Shown: positions 1 through 8,943 of the stretch, in pieces
How positions within the stretch are numbered: the stretch's first letter is position 1
Layout: every line of letters begins with the position of its first letter
Assembly: GCA_031374535.1 (NCBI GenBank)
Contig: JANMGF010000076.1
Span: forward strand, 1 to 39,452
From: Polyangium sp.
Lineage (GTDB): Bacteria > Myxococcota_A > Polyangia > Polyangiales > Polyangiaceae
Direction of reading: 5' to 3'
DNA: 39,452 bases
The notes under the pieces: model-generated
The model's input: only the letters and a program-made list of their open reading frames with translations
What the model was told of the DNA's origin: nothing
Database searches by the model: none
Made by a program: the position numbers and the translations under genes

Positions 1-2
1 AA

Positions 3-1229
3 GAGGCGCGGGATGTCCTGCATCTCGCGGACGTCTTCCAGGAGGATCTCCAAGAAGCCTACCTCGAAGAAGTAGCCGCGCTCGAGTTCAAGCTCCTCCC
101 CATTGTCGCCCAGATGGAGGTGAGCGGCGTGCCGATGAACCGAGACCAGTGGAATCGGCTTGTCGACATGTGGGCCAGCGAGGCTACGGAGCTCGAGAAG
201 AACCTCGTCGACACGCTGGGCGTGAAGAACATCGATAACAACGATGAAGTCCTCGCTGCCCTCCAACGACACGGTCTCCAGGTCGAACGCACGAACAGCG
301 AGGCCCTCGCGCCGTACATGCATCTGCCGGTGGTCCAGCAGCTCGTCCTCTACCGGCGCAAGAACGCCTTCGTCACGGGTGCTGGCAAGGGCGTGCTGCG
401 GGCCCTCAGCCGTTCCGAGGACGGGCGCGTGCACGCGACGTTGAACCAGATCGGCGCCGTGACTGGCAGGCTCAGCGCGCAGGAGCCCAACCTGCTCGGT
501 CTGCCGCGCGACAAGCAGGTGCGCTCGTGCATCCAGGCTCCCCCAGGCAAAAAGCTCGTCGTCGGGGACTACAACGCCATCGAGCTGCGAGTGCTCGCGG
601 ATCAGACGGGAGACGAGACGCTCAAGGCGGTTTTCAGGAAGAGGGACGGCGACCCGCACCGCCACACGGCTTCGTTGTTGATGGGCGTGCCTGAGAACCT
701 GGTGACCGACGAGCAGCGCAACCGGGCCAAGCCCGTGAACTTCGGGGGCTCGTTCGGGATGGGCGTGAACAAGCTCATCACCTACGCGAAGAAGAACTAC
801 AAGGTGGACCTCACGCCAGACCAGGCGGCGCGGTTCAAGCAGATGTTCTTGCAGAACTACGCAGGGCTCGCCGCGTGGCAGAAGAAGATGGCCGAGGAGA
901 TGCCGGCCGAACTACGCACCAAGAGCGGCCGGGTCTCGTACCACTTCGACCCCGACGAGGACTACAACGCGCGCCTGGCCTTCCCCATCCAGGGCACCGC
1001 GGCCGACGGCATGAAGCAGGCGATGGTGCTCCTGGCCCCGCACCTCAAGGGGCTCGGAGCGCAGATGATCCTCGTCGTGCATGACGAGCTCCTCGTTGAA
1101 GCGCCCGAGGAGCACGCCAAGGAGGTCAAGGGGCTCATGCGCGACTGCATGGTCGCCGGGATGAAGAAGTACGTGCCCTCGGTGCCGATCGTGGTCGAGC
1201 CGAAGATCATATCGCGCTGGTCGAAGTAG
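3..1229 (+). CDS. Family A DNA polymerase (PolA-like, phage/MGE type), 5'-truncated by the window edge
   Basis: Motif A VVGDYNAIELRVLA, motif B RNRAKPVNFGGSFG, motif C VHDELL, plus TGRLSAQEPNL and FPIQGTAAD. The frame is open from base 3 (EARDVLHLAD...LEFKLLPIVAQME), so the true start lies outside the window. Confidence 0.95.
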   Translation, partial: EARDVLHLADVFQEDLQEAYLEEVAALEFKLLPIVAQMEVSGVPMNRDQWNRLVDMWASEATELEKNLVDTLGVKNIDNNDEVLAALQRHGLQVERTNSEALAPYMHLPVVQQLVLYRRKNAFVTGAGKGVLRALSRSEDGRVHATLNQIGAVTGRLSAQEPNLLGLPRDKQVRSCIQAPPGKKLVVGDYNAIELRVLADQTGDETLKAVFRKRDGDPHRHTASLLMGVPENLVTDEQRNRAKPVNFGGSFGMGVNKLITYAKKNYKVDLTPDQAARFKQMFLQNYAGLAAWQKKMAEEMPAELRTKSGRVSYHFDPDEDYNARLAFPIQGTAADGMKQAMVLLAPHLKGLGAQMILVVHDELLVEAPEEHAKEVKGLMRDCMVAGMKKYVPSVPIVVEPKIISRWSK

Positions 1230-1245
1230 CGAAAACAACAGCGAA

Positions 1246-1275
1246 TTGACGCTCGGGACCTCCGGTACCTATATG
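1246..1275 (+). promoter_or_regulatory. Possible sigma70-type promoter for the Tc operon
   Basis: TTGACG (1246-1251), 18 nt, TATATG (1270-1275). Good -35, weak -10. Confidence 0.3.
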
Positions 1276-1591
1276 ACCGCGTCGGGGGCAGGCGCGCCAG
1301 CGCGTCTTGCGGGGGTTCCAAGGACGTCAAATCAGCGTGCTCGTACCGCAACCAGGAGCTTCGTTGCCAGCGATAGAGGCAGTCCGATTCGCCCCCGCGG
1401 TCGGCCGGGCTCTCGCCCAGCTCCTTGCCTACTGCACGCCATGAACCTCGACGTGCCGAGCTTCTCGGTTCTCTCTTCGAGGTCGTACCCGGCGGGGGCG
1501 CAGTGACGTTTTCGGTCCGATGTGCTGCACGGAGTCGGAGCAACCTGCGCCCGTCCGGCGTTATCATCGCCACCGGAACGGGGAGGTCACG

Positions 1592-4500
1592 ATGCAGCAG
1601 GGGCACGGGGGCGGCGAGTACATCCTCACGGGGCGAGTCGTCGACATCCAGACCGGGCAAGGGCTGCCCGATGTGCGCGTCGAGGCGTGGGACAAGGGGC
1701 GGCTCTGCAACGACCTGGTCGCGTGCGCCTTCTCCGACGCGCTCGGCATCTTCCGCATTGTTCTCGAAACCCGGCTCCTGCGCGAGCTCTTCCTCGACCG
1801 CGTCCCGGTGTTGTTCTTCCGCCTCTTTGAGGGCCCGACCTGCATCGCCAGCACGGAGCGCTCGGTCCTCTGGCGGATCGATCGCCCGAAGAGCGCCGTG
1901 CGAATCGAGATCAACCGCTCAACGAGTACGCGCAGCTTCACCCCGGCACCCTTCCTCGTACGTGGTCGGGTAGTCACGGCCGCAGGGGCGCCACGCGCGG
2001 GCCTCGTCGTGCGCGCCTACAACCGGAACCTCCGAGAGGAGCAGCTCCTCGGCGAGGCCACAACCAGCGACACCGGCAGCTACCGGATTGTCTACGCGGC
2101 CGACAAGCTCATCCAGGATTTCAAGTACAGCGGCGAGTTGCTCGACGTGGCGCTCTTCGATCCCGGCCCCGGACGGGGGCACCGGAAGTCGGCCGCTGAT
2201 CTCGTCGTGCGCGTGTACGCAGAGCGCGCCATCGCCGCCGAGAAGAAGCTCTGCCACGCGCCGCCCACAGCAACCGTGAACCTGGTGACAGGCAGCGAGA
2301 TCTACCGCGGCCCCTCCGCCTACGAGCGCCTTGTTCTTCTTCTGGCCCCTGCCATCCGCGGCGCCTCTCTGACGGACCTCACCGAGGAGGACATTCGCCA
2401 CCTCGCGTGCAGCCTGCGCCTCGATCTGGACGACCTCGACGCCTTCGTCACAGCCACGCAGCTCGCACGCGCCCTCGGGATCCACCCCGCGGCCCTCTAC
2501 GGGTTGTTCCGCGAAGGACTCCCCCGCGAGCGCCGTGCCCTGCTCACGACGAGGCCATCCGAGCAGCTCCGGGCGCTTCTTCTCGCGCTTGAGCACAACC
2601 TGATCCCGGCGACGCTCCGGGAGCATATCGACGCGATCCTCGCAGCGCTCCACAAGGCCGCCGTGCAGCTCGCATTCGAGCCGGCGGAGACCGGGATCTC
2701 TCTGGGCGATCTCCTCGCCATCGCGCTTCCCGCCCGAGATGCGCAGGAAGCGCTGGTCTCGGCCTACCTCCAGTACGAAGGGCCGGTCGAGAGCTTCTGG
2801 CAGGGACTTCGCGAGCACCGGTTGTTCAAAGAAGAAGGGCTCGTCGACTGCGTGCAGCTCGCCCTGCAGCTAGCCACGCTCAGCCGTCAGCACCTGCCCC
2901 TTGTTCGTGCCCTCGACGATTGGCGTCGCAGCGGCATGTGGTCGTCGCTCGCTGATCTCGCCAAGCTCGCCGTCCCCGACTGGCTCGCCCTGCTGGAGAA
3001 GGGCATCGACGGCGCACCCATCGGCGCCCCGCCCGACATGCCTGGCGCCGACGAGAAGAAGAAAAGCACGAACTACGCGCTGCTCTTGACCGACACGCTG
3101 GCGAACACCTTTCCCACGGCCGCGCTCGCGGGGCAGCTCCAGGGCAAGGCGGATCAAGACCTCGCACTGTTCTTGTCGAAGAACCCGGACTTCGAGATCG
3201 GCAAGACCCAGGTGCGCTCCTACTTGCAGGAGAAGCCTGGTGTCCTCGACGGCCTGTCCTCCCCGAAGACCGCGACGGCAAACCTCGAGGCCCTCGAGCG
3301 CCTCTTCAAGGTGACGCCCAGCCCCAGCGAGATAAACACGCTCTTCTCCGCGGGCATCCACTCCGCGCAGAGCATCCAGAAGCTCGGCAAGCCGGCGTTC
3401 ATCAAGTCGTACAGCCAGGTGCTCGGGGGCCAGTCCAAGGCCGAGACCCTCTTCCAGAAGGCCCAGCAGATCACGAGCGGCGCCCTCGCGCTCTTCGGGA
3501 AGTTCGCCTCCATCGCTCGGCCGCCTGGGCTCTATGTCCTCCCCGCTCCGGACCTCGCAAGCACGGGTGACTCCGCCGCGCTCACGGACATCTTCGGCCC
3601 GCAGAACCTCGCGTGCGAGCACTGCGCGTCGATCTACGGCCCTGTCGCCTACCTCGTCGACGTCCTCGACTTCCTCGGCCGCTACCCGGCAACCCAGAAT
3701 AAGCCCAGTGATCCCGCGACGGCCCGTGATGTTCTTCTCGCCCGGCGCCCGGATCTCTCACGCATCGAGCTCTCCTGCGCGAACACCCTGACCGAGGTGC
3801 CGTGCGTGGATCTCGCCGACGAGATCCTCGAGTTCCGCCTCGCCCACGCGGTTGACCCGTCCGTCGTCCTCGACGCGCACATCAAGACCGTGGGCACCGC
3901 GGAGGATCTCGCGCTCTCACCCCAGCCCATCCACGGCAAGGCGCGCTTCACGGCCTACAAGGCGCTCGCGCAGGGGAAGTTCCCCCCGGCGCCGCCGTTC
4001 GACGTCTGGGCCGAGGAGACGGACATCCTGCTCGCGCACTTCGGCACCTCGCGTGCCGAGCTCGTTGACGTCTTCTCCCAGACCCCGGCCACGCCGGCGC
4101 CGCCGGCCCCTGGCCTGCTCGATGCGTTCTCGGCGCTGCTCAAGGAGACCAAGGCGGACGCCTCCGCGTTCTTCTCGGCTGTTGCCGAGCGCGCTGGGAT
4201 TCCTGCTGCGGACCTGGATGTCCTCGTCAGCAAGCTCGGCCTCGTCTTCCCCTCGAGCTTCGAGGACGAGGCAGCAGTCGGCCGCCTCTGGAACGCAATC
4301 CAAGTCGTGAAGGGACTCGGCGTGTCCGCGACGCGGGCCATCTCCTGGGCCACCACAACGGCTCCGATCGAGAGCGCCAACCCCGCCGTGCTCACCGCCC
4401 CGGCTCTTGCCGATGATGTCCGCCTGGCCGTGAAGGCGAAGTACACGGACGAAGCCTGGCCCGACATCGGGCGGGTTCTTCGCGATGGACTGCGCGAACT

Positions 4501-7500
4501 ACAACGAAAGGCGCTGGTCTCTGCCGCGCTCGCGCTGGGCAAGTACGACTCCACGAACGACCTTTTCGCAGAGCTGCTCGTCGACGTGGAGATGAGCCCG
4601 AAGCCGACGACGTCACGCATCCAGCAAGCGATCAGCTCGGTGCAACTCTTCGTGCAGCGCTGCTTCATGGGCCTGGAGCCCGTGGTCACGTCCCTCGACG
4701 ACGAGGCCGCCGCGCAATGGGCGTGGATGAAGAACTACCGGGTCTGGGAGGCCAACCGAAAGATCTTCTTCCACCCGGAGAACTGGATCGAGCCCGAGCT
4801 GCGCGACGACAAGACGCCGTTCTTCAAGGAGCTCGAGAGCGAGCTACTCCAGGGGGATATCACCGACGCCCGCGCCGAGGGGGCATTCCGCAAGTATCTC
4901 CAGAAGCTTTACGATGTGGCGCACCTCGATATCGTCGGCGTGTGCGAGGAGGGGCAGAAGACAGGAAGTTCCTGGATCACGATCCTGCACGTCATCGGCC
5001 GGACGCACATCTCGCCGCGCGTGTACTACTATCGGCAGCGCGTCGACCAGTTGTGGTCGCCCTGGGAGAAGCTCGACCTCGATATCCAGAGCGAGCACGC
5101 CCTGCTCGCCGTCTACAACCGTCGACTGTACTTGTTCTGGGCGCTGCTCGAGGAGGCGGAGGACACCGGGCAAGAAGCGGCACCTGCGCCGAAGGGCGGC
5201 AAGCCCGCGGGCCATAAGAAGCCGAAGGAATACGATCTCGATGATGGGGGCAAACCGCAGCCGGACATCGACCCCGACATCGACGAGCCGCACAAGTCTC
5301 CGGGCCCCAAGGCGCCCGCCATCAAGAAGAAGCCGATGCGGCTCAAGATGGCCTGGAGCGAGTACCAGAACGGCCGTTGGTCACCCCGGAAGACCGGCCC
5401 GGAAGAGCCTCTCCGCCTCGATCTGCCCGAGGGCGACCCGGCTGCGCTGACGTTCTGGAGCACGTACAAGAACGGCCAGCTCGCCATTCTCTGCGCGGTG
5501 AAAGAACTGGCCCCGCCGGATCGAGCGCGCCGGGTGTACGAGCTCGTGCTGGGCTGCGACGGACGCCTGACTGCTGGATCAGCGTCGAATCCATGTCCCA
5601 CGGGCGCGCCGTACGGCACGCACCTCGCGGGAACGGAGTTCATCAAGGACAAGGACACCGCCGGCCTCTGGCTGCGCGGCTTCGTCCTCACCGACAAGGA
5701 CGTGAAGGTCCTCGGGGCGACGCCGAGCGCGTACCGGCTCGTCTGCGCTCAGCGCGGACCGATGCTCTGGACCATGCTTCACGGCGGATTCCCGCACCCG
5801 TCGTTCTTCTACAAGGACGACAGCAGCACCTTCCTCATCCGGATCGAGCACCAGGCCCAAGCGCCCAAGCGCGCGGTGGCGGGAGAGGCGTCCCCCATGA
5901 AGCCGTGGGGACAGGTGCTGCCCGGACTCCCGCCCGCGCCGTCCGAGGGGCCGTTCTACATCCCCAATATCTCGATCGAGCTCGACCCGCGCCAGGTCCA
6001 AATCGAGACGTTCTACCACCCGCACGCCTGCGGCATGCTCGAGGCCCTCGATGGCGACGGCCTCGACGGTCTCTTCCGCTGGCCGGCGGACGGCTCTGCC
6101 CTCCAGCTCCGGAGCGACGTCTACTTCCAGGAGACCTACAAGCCGGCACTCTCCGTGGTGAAGAAGCCGTACCCGGTTGACGATATCGATTTCTCCTCAG
6201 CGGCGGCCTACAGCCAAGACAACTGGGAGGTCTTCTTCCACGCGCCCTTCCTCATTGCCTGCATGCTCATGAAGAACCACAGGCACGAGGAAGCCCAGCG
6301 CTGGTTCCACCGCATCTTCGACCCCACCCCGGGCACTGGCGGCCCGGAGCGGTTCTGGAAGGTGAAACCTCTCCGCGAGAAGGTCGACCCGAAGGCGCTC
6401 GCGGCCGAGCTCGCGGCGCTCGCGGCAGGGGATGATGAAGCCCTCGGGGAGCTTGCGGCGCAGATCAAAGCCTGGCGCGAAGAGCCCTTCAATCCCCACC
6501 TCATCGCACGCATGCGACCGATCGCGTACCAGCGGGCCGTCGTGATGAAGTACATCGACAACTTGATCGCGTGGGGCGACTACTTGTTCTCCCAGGACAC
6601 GCGCGAGGCGATCAACGAGGCAACGGGGCTCTACATCCTCGCCGTGGACATCCTCGGTCCGAGGCCGGAGCAGAACAAGAAAGCCGACGCGGAGCCAAAG
6701 ACGTACGCGGAGCTTCTTGCCGCAGCACCCCTCGCCGGCCTCGAGAACCTCGTGCCCGAGCTCAACGGCGCCGGGGATGTTCCCCTCATCGACACGGCCC
6801 ACTTCGCGATCCCGCCGAACGACAAGCTCCTCGGGTACTGGGATCTCGTCGTGGACCGGCTCTTCAAGGTCAGGCACGGGCTCAACATCGAGGGCCAGGC
6901 ACGACCGCTCCCGCTCTTCGCGCCGCCGATCGATCCGGCCCTGCTGGTGAAGGCCGCGGCAATGGGCGTCGATTGGAAGGACGTCAGCGAGGTCGTGCCG
7001 ATGCCCCACTACCGCTTCGGAGTTCTGCACGCCAAGGCGATGGAGTTCTGCGGCGGCGTGATCGCCCTGGGCGCGGCCCTGCTCTCCGCGCTCGAGAAGA
7101 AGGACGCGGAGAAGCTGACCCTGCTGCGAGCGACGCACGAGGCAGCGGTACTCACCGCTACCCGCGAGGTGAAGAAGCGGCAGATCGACGAGGCGAAGCA
7201 GACGCTCGCGGGCTTGAAGAAGACTCGGGAGGCCGCCGCGATCCGATCCCAGCACTACAAGGGCCTGCCGTTCATGAACTCTTACGAGGAGCAGGCCATG
7301 GTGATGTCAGGCACCGCCGCCATCACCCAGGCCCTCGTCCAGGTCACGCACACCGAGTCAGCGGGGGCCTACCTTCTTCCCACGGCAATCACGGGCGGCG
7401 CCGGCATCGCCAGCCCCGCTGCATTGATCGTGTACGGGGGCGAGAACGCGGCGAAGTCCGGTGAGTCGTTTGGCAACGCCCTCGGCGTGATGGCGTCGTT

Positions 7501-8941
7501 GATGCGCGACGGCGCCGCGATGAGCGCGACGATCGGCTACTACACCCGCCGCGCCGAGGACTGGAAGCTCCAGGCGAAGATCGCCGCCAAGGAGATCGAA
7601 CAGCTCGACAAGCAGATCTTGGCCGCCGAGATCAGGCTCGCGCTCGTAGAGAAAGACCTCGAGAACCACGACCTCATCGTGGAGAACGCCAAGGTCGTCG
7701 AGGCCACGATGCGCGACAAGTTCACCAACGAGGCGCTCTATTCCTGGACGATCAACGAGATCTCGACGGTTTACTTCGACGCGTACAAGCTCGCGCTCGG
7801 CATGACCAGGCGGGCCGCGAAGGCATTCAAGCACGAACTCGCGCAGGACCCCCCGGATGTCTCGCTCACGCACTGGGACAATACGAGAAACGGCCTGCTC
7901 GCAGGGGAGAAGCTGTTGCAGCAGCTCCGCCAGATGGAGGCCGCGTACCTCGACAAGAACAAGCGGGAGTACGAGATCACGAAGCACATCTCCCTCGCGC
8001 AGCTCGCCCCGCAGAAGCTCCTCGAGCTGAAGCAGAAGGGCGTCTGCGAGTTCGACGTGCCCGAGCTCGAGTTCGACCTCGACTTCCCGGGTCATTACCT
8101 GCGGAGGATCAAGACCGTTAGCCTCTCCGTCCCCTGCGTGACGGATGCCTACGGCACGCTCAATGCCACGCTCACGCTCGTGAAGAGCCGGGTTCGGAAG
8201 AGCGCCGACCTCACCGGCGGCTACGCCGAGAAGGTGAACGACGGCCGATTCACCACGCCTTACGTCGCCCCGATCTCGCTCGCCATCAGCGGCGCGCAGA
8301 ACGACGCGGGCGTCTTCGAGCTGTCTCTGCGTGACGAGCGGTTCTTGCCCTTCGAGGGCGCTGGCGTCATCGGCACCTGGAAGATTGAGCTCTCGACGAA
8401 CATCACCGACCTCGACGCCGTGAGCGACGTTGTTCTCCACGTCCGCTACACGGCGAACGATGGCGGAGACTCATTGAAAACCGAAGCGCAGAAGAACGCC
8501 GCGCTGCTCCTATCGGGTCTGCGCTTGTTCTCGTTGAAGGACGAGTTCCCGACGGAGTGGCGCCACTTCCTCACGCCGGATGCCGGCGCAGCACAGACGC
8601 TGGTGCTGCCGCTCGAGAAGAGCGTCTTCCCAAGGTGCCGCAATGGCGGCGCCCCGAAGATCAACGCCGTGCGGATATTCGCCGCCTGGAAAGACCCCAC
8701 GGCGTACTTCGCGGGCACGCCTCTCGCGGTGAGCGTCGTGCCGCCTGCGGCTTCATCCGTGCAGACCACGCTCGTGAAGGACCCCGGCGCTCTCGACAGC
8801 CTGGCCGTGAGCCCGACGCTGACGCCTGCCGCCGGAACATCCTGGGCAGCCGGTTCGTGGACACTCTCGGCTGCGGGCCCCGTGGGCGAGGGCCTCGACA
8901 ACATCTGGGTCCTCTGCGACTTCTCGCGGCAGGGGGCCTGA
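1592..8941 (+). CDS. Tc toxin complex subunit A (TcA-like), about 2449 aa
   Basis: ATG 1592 follows GGGAGG. TcA motifs: CEHCASIYGPVAYLVDVLDFL/RRPDL, TSRIQQAISSVQLFVQRC, WMKNYRVWEANRKIFFHPENWIEPELRDDKTPFF, NWEVFFHAPFLIA, PPNDKLLGYWDLVVDRLFKVRHGLNIEG, a long coiled-coil channel region, FDLDFPGHYLRRIKTVSLSVP and LPFEGAG (TcB-binding domain). Two N-terminal beta-sandwich repeats. Confidence 0.93.
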   Translation: MQQGHGGGEYILTGRVVDIQTGQGLPDVRVEAWDKGRLCNDLVACAFSDALGIFRIVLETRLLRELFLDRVPVLFFRLFEGPTCIASTERSVLWRIDRPKSAVRIEINRSTSTRSFTPAPFLVRGRVVTAAGAPRAGLVVRAYNRNLREEQLLGEATTSDTGSYRIVYAADKLIQDFKYSGELLDVALFDPGPGRGHRKSAADLVVRVYAERAIAAEKKLCHAPPTATVNLVTGSEIYRGPSAYERLVLLLAPAIRGASLTDLTEEDIRHLACSLRLDLDDLDAFVTATQLARALGIHPAALYGLFREGLPRERRALLTTRPSEQLRALLLALEHNLIPATLREHIDAILAALHKAAVQLAFEPAETGISLGDLLAIALPARDAQEALVSAYLQYEGPVESFWQGLREHRLFKEEGLVDCVQLALQLATLSRQHLPLVRALDDWRRSGMWSSLADLAKLAVPDWLALLEKGIDGAPIGAPPDMPGADEKKKSTNYALLLTDTLANTFPTAALAGQLQGKADQDLALFLSKNPDFEIGKTQVRSYLQEKPGVLDGLSSPKTATANLEALERLFKVTPSPSEINTLFSAGIHSAQSIQKLGKPAFIKSYSQVLGGQSKAETLFQKAQQITSGALALFGKFASIARPPGLYVLPAPDLASTGDSAALTDIFGPQNLACEHCASIYGPVAYLVDVLDFLGRYPATQNKPSDPATARDVLLARRPDLSRIELSCANTLTEVPCVDLADEILEFRLAHAVDPSVVLDAHIKTVGTAEDLALSPQPIHGKARFTAYKALAQGKFPPAPPFDVWAEETDILLAHFGTSRAELVDVFSQTPATPAPPAPGLLDAFSALLKETKADASAFFSAVAERAGIPAADLDVLVSKLGLVFPSSFEDEAAVGRLWNAIQVVKGLGVSATRAISWATTTAPIESANPAVLTAPALADDVRLAVKAKYTDEAWPDIGRVLRDGLRELQRKALVSAALALGKYDSTNDLFAELLVDVEMSPKPTTSRIQQAISSVQLFVQRCFMGLEPVVTSLDDEAAAQWAWMKNYRVWEANRKIFFHPENWIEPELRDDKTPFFKELESELLQGDITDARAEGAFRKYLQKLYDVAHLDIVGVCEEGQKTGSSWITILHVIGRTHISPRVYYYRQRVDQLWSPWEKLDLDIQSEHALLAVYNRRLYLFWALLEEAEDTGQEAAPAPKGGKPAGHKKPKEYDLDDGGKPQPDIDPDIDEPHKSPGPKAPAIKKKPMRLKMAWSEYQNGRWSPRKTGPEEPLRLDLPEGDPAALTFWSTYKNGQLAILCAVKELAPPDRARRVYELVLGCDGRLTAGSASNPCPTGAPYGTHLAGTEFIKDKDTAGLWLRGFVLTDKDVKVLGATPSAYRLVCAQRGPMLWTMLHGGFPHPSFFYKDDSSTFLIRIEHQAQAPKRAVAGEASPMKPWGQVLPGLPPAPSEGPFYIPNISIELDPRQVQIETFYHPHACGMLEALDGDGLDGLFRWPADGSALQLRSDVYFQETYKPALSVVKKPYPVDDIDFSSAAAYSQDNWEVFFHAPFLIACMLMKNHRHEEAQRWFHRIFDPTPGTGGPERFWKVKPLREKVDPKALAAELAALAAGDDEALGELAAQIKAWREEPFNPHLIARMRPIAYQRAVVMKYIDNLIAWGDYLFSQDTREAINEATGLYILAVDILGPRPEQNKKADAEPKTYAELLAAAPLAGLENLVPELNGAGDVPLIDTAHFAIPPNDKLLGYWDLVVDRLFKVRHGLNIEGQARPLPLFAPPIDPALLVKAAAMGVDWKDVSEVVPMPHYRFGVLHAKAMEFCGGVIALGAALLSALEKKDAEKLTLLRATHEAAVLTATREVKKRQIDEAKQTLAGLKKTREAAAIRSQHYKGLPFMNSYEEQAMVMSGTAAITQALVQVTHTESAGAYLLPTAITGGAGIASPAALIVYGGENAAKSGESFGNALGVMASLMRDGAAMSATIGYYTRRAEDWKLQAKIAAKEIEQLDKQILAAEIRLALVEKDLENHDLIVENAKVVEATMRDKFTNEALYSWTINEISTVYFDAYKLALGMTRRAAKAFKHELAQDPPDVSLTHWDNTRNGLLAGEKLLQQLRQMEAAYLDKNKREYEITKHISLAQLAPQKLLELKQKGVCEFDVPELEFDLDFPGHYLRRIKTVSLSVPCVTDAYGTLNATLTLVKSRVRKSADLTGGYAEKVNDGRFTTPYVAPISLAISGAQNDAGVFELSLRDERFLPFEGAGVIGTWKIELSTNITDLDAVSDVVLHVRYTANDGGDSLKTEAQKNAALLLSGLRLFSLKDEFPTEWRHFLTPDAGAAQTLVLPLEKSVFPRCRNGGAPKINAVRIFAAWKDPTAYFAGTPLAVSVVPPAASSVQTTLVKDPGALDSLAVSPTLTPAAGTSWAAGSWTLSAAGPVGEGLDNIWVLCDFSRQGA

Positions 8942-8943
8942 TC

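Noticed and set aside
8557-8943. 129-codon N-terminal extension of TcBC overlapping TcA
   Set aside because: Non-protein-like sequence; ATG 8944 directly after the TcA stop precedes the SpvB-like motifs.
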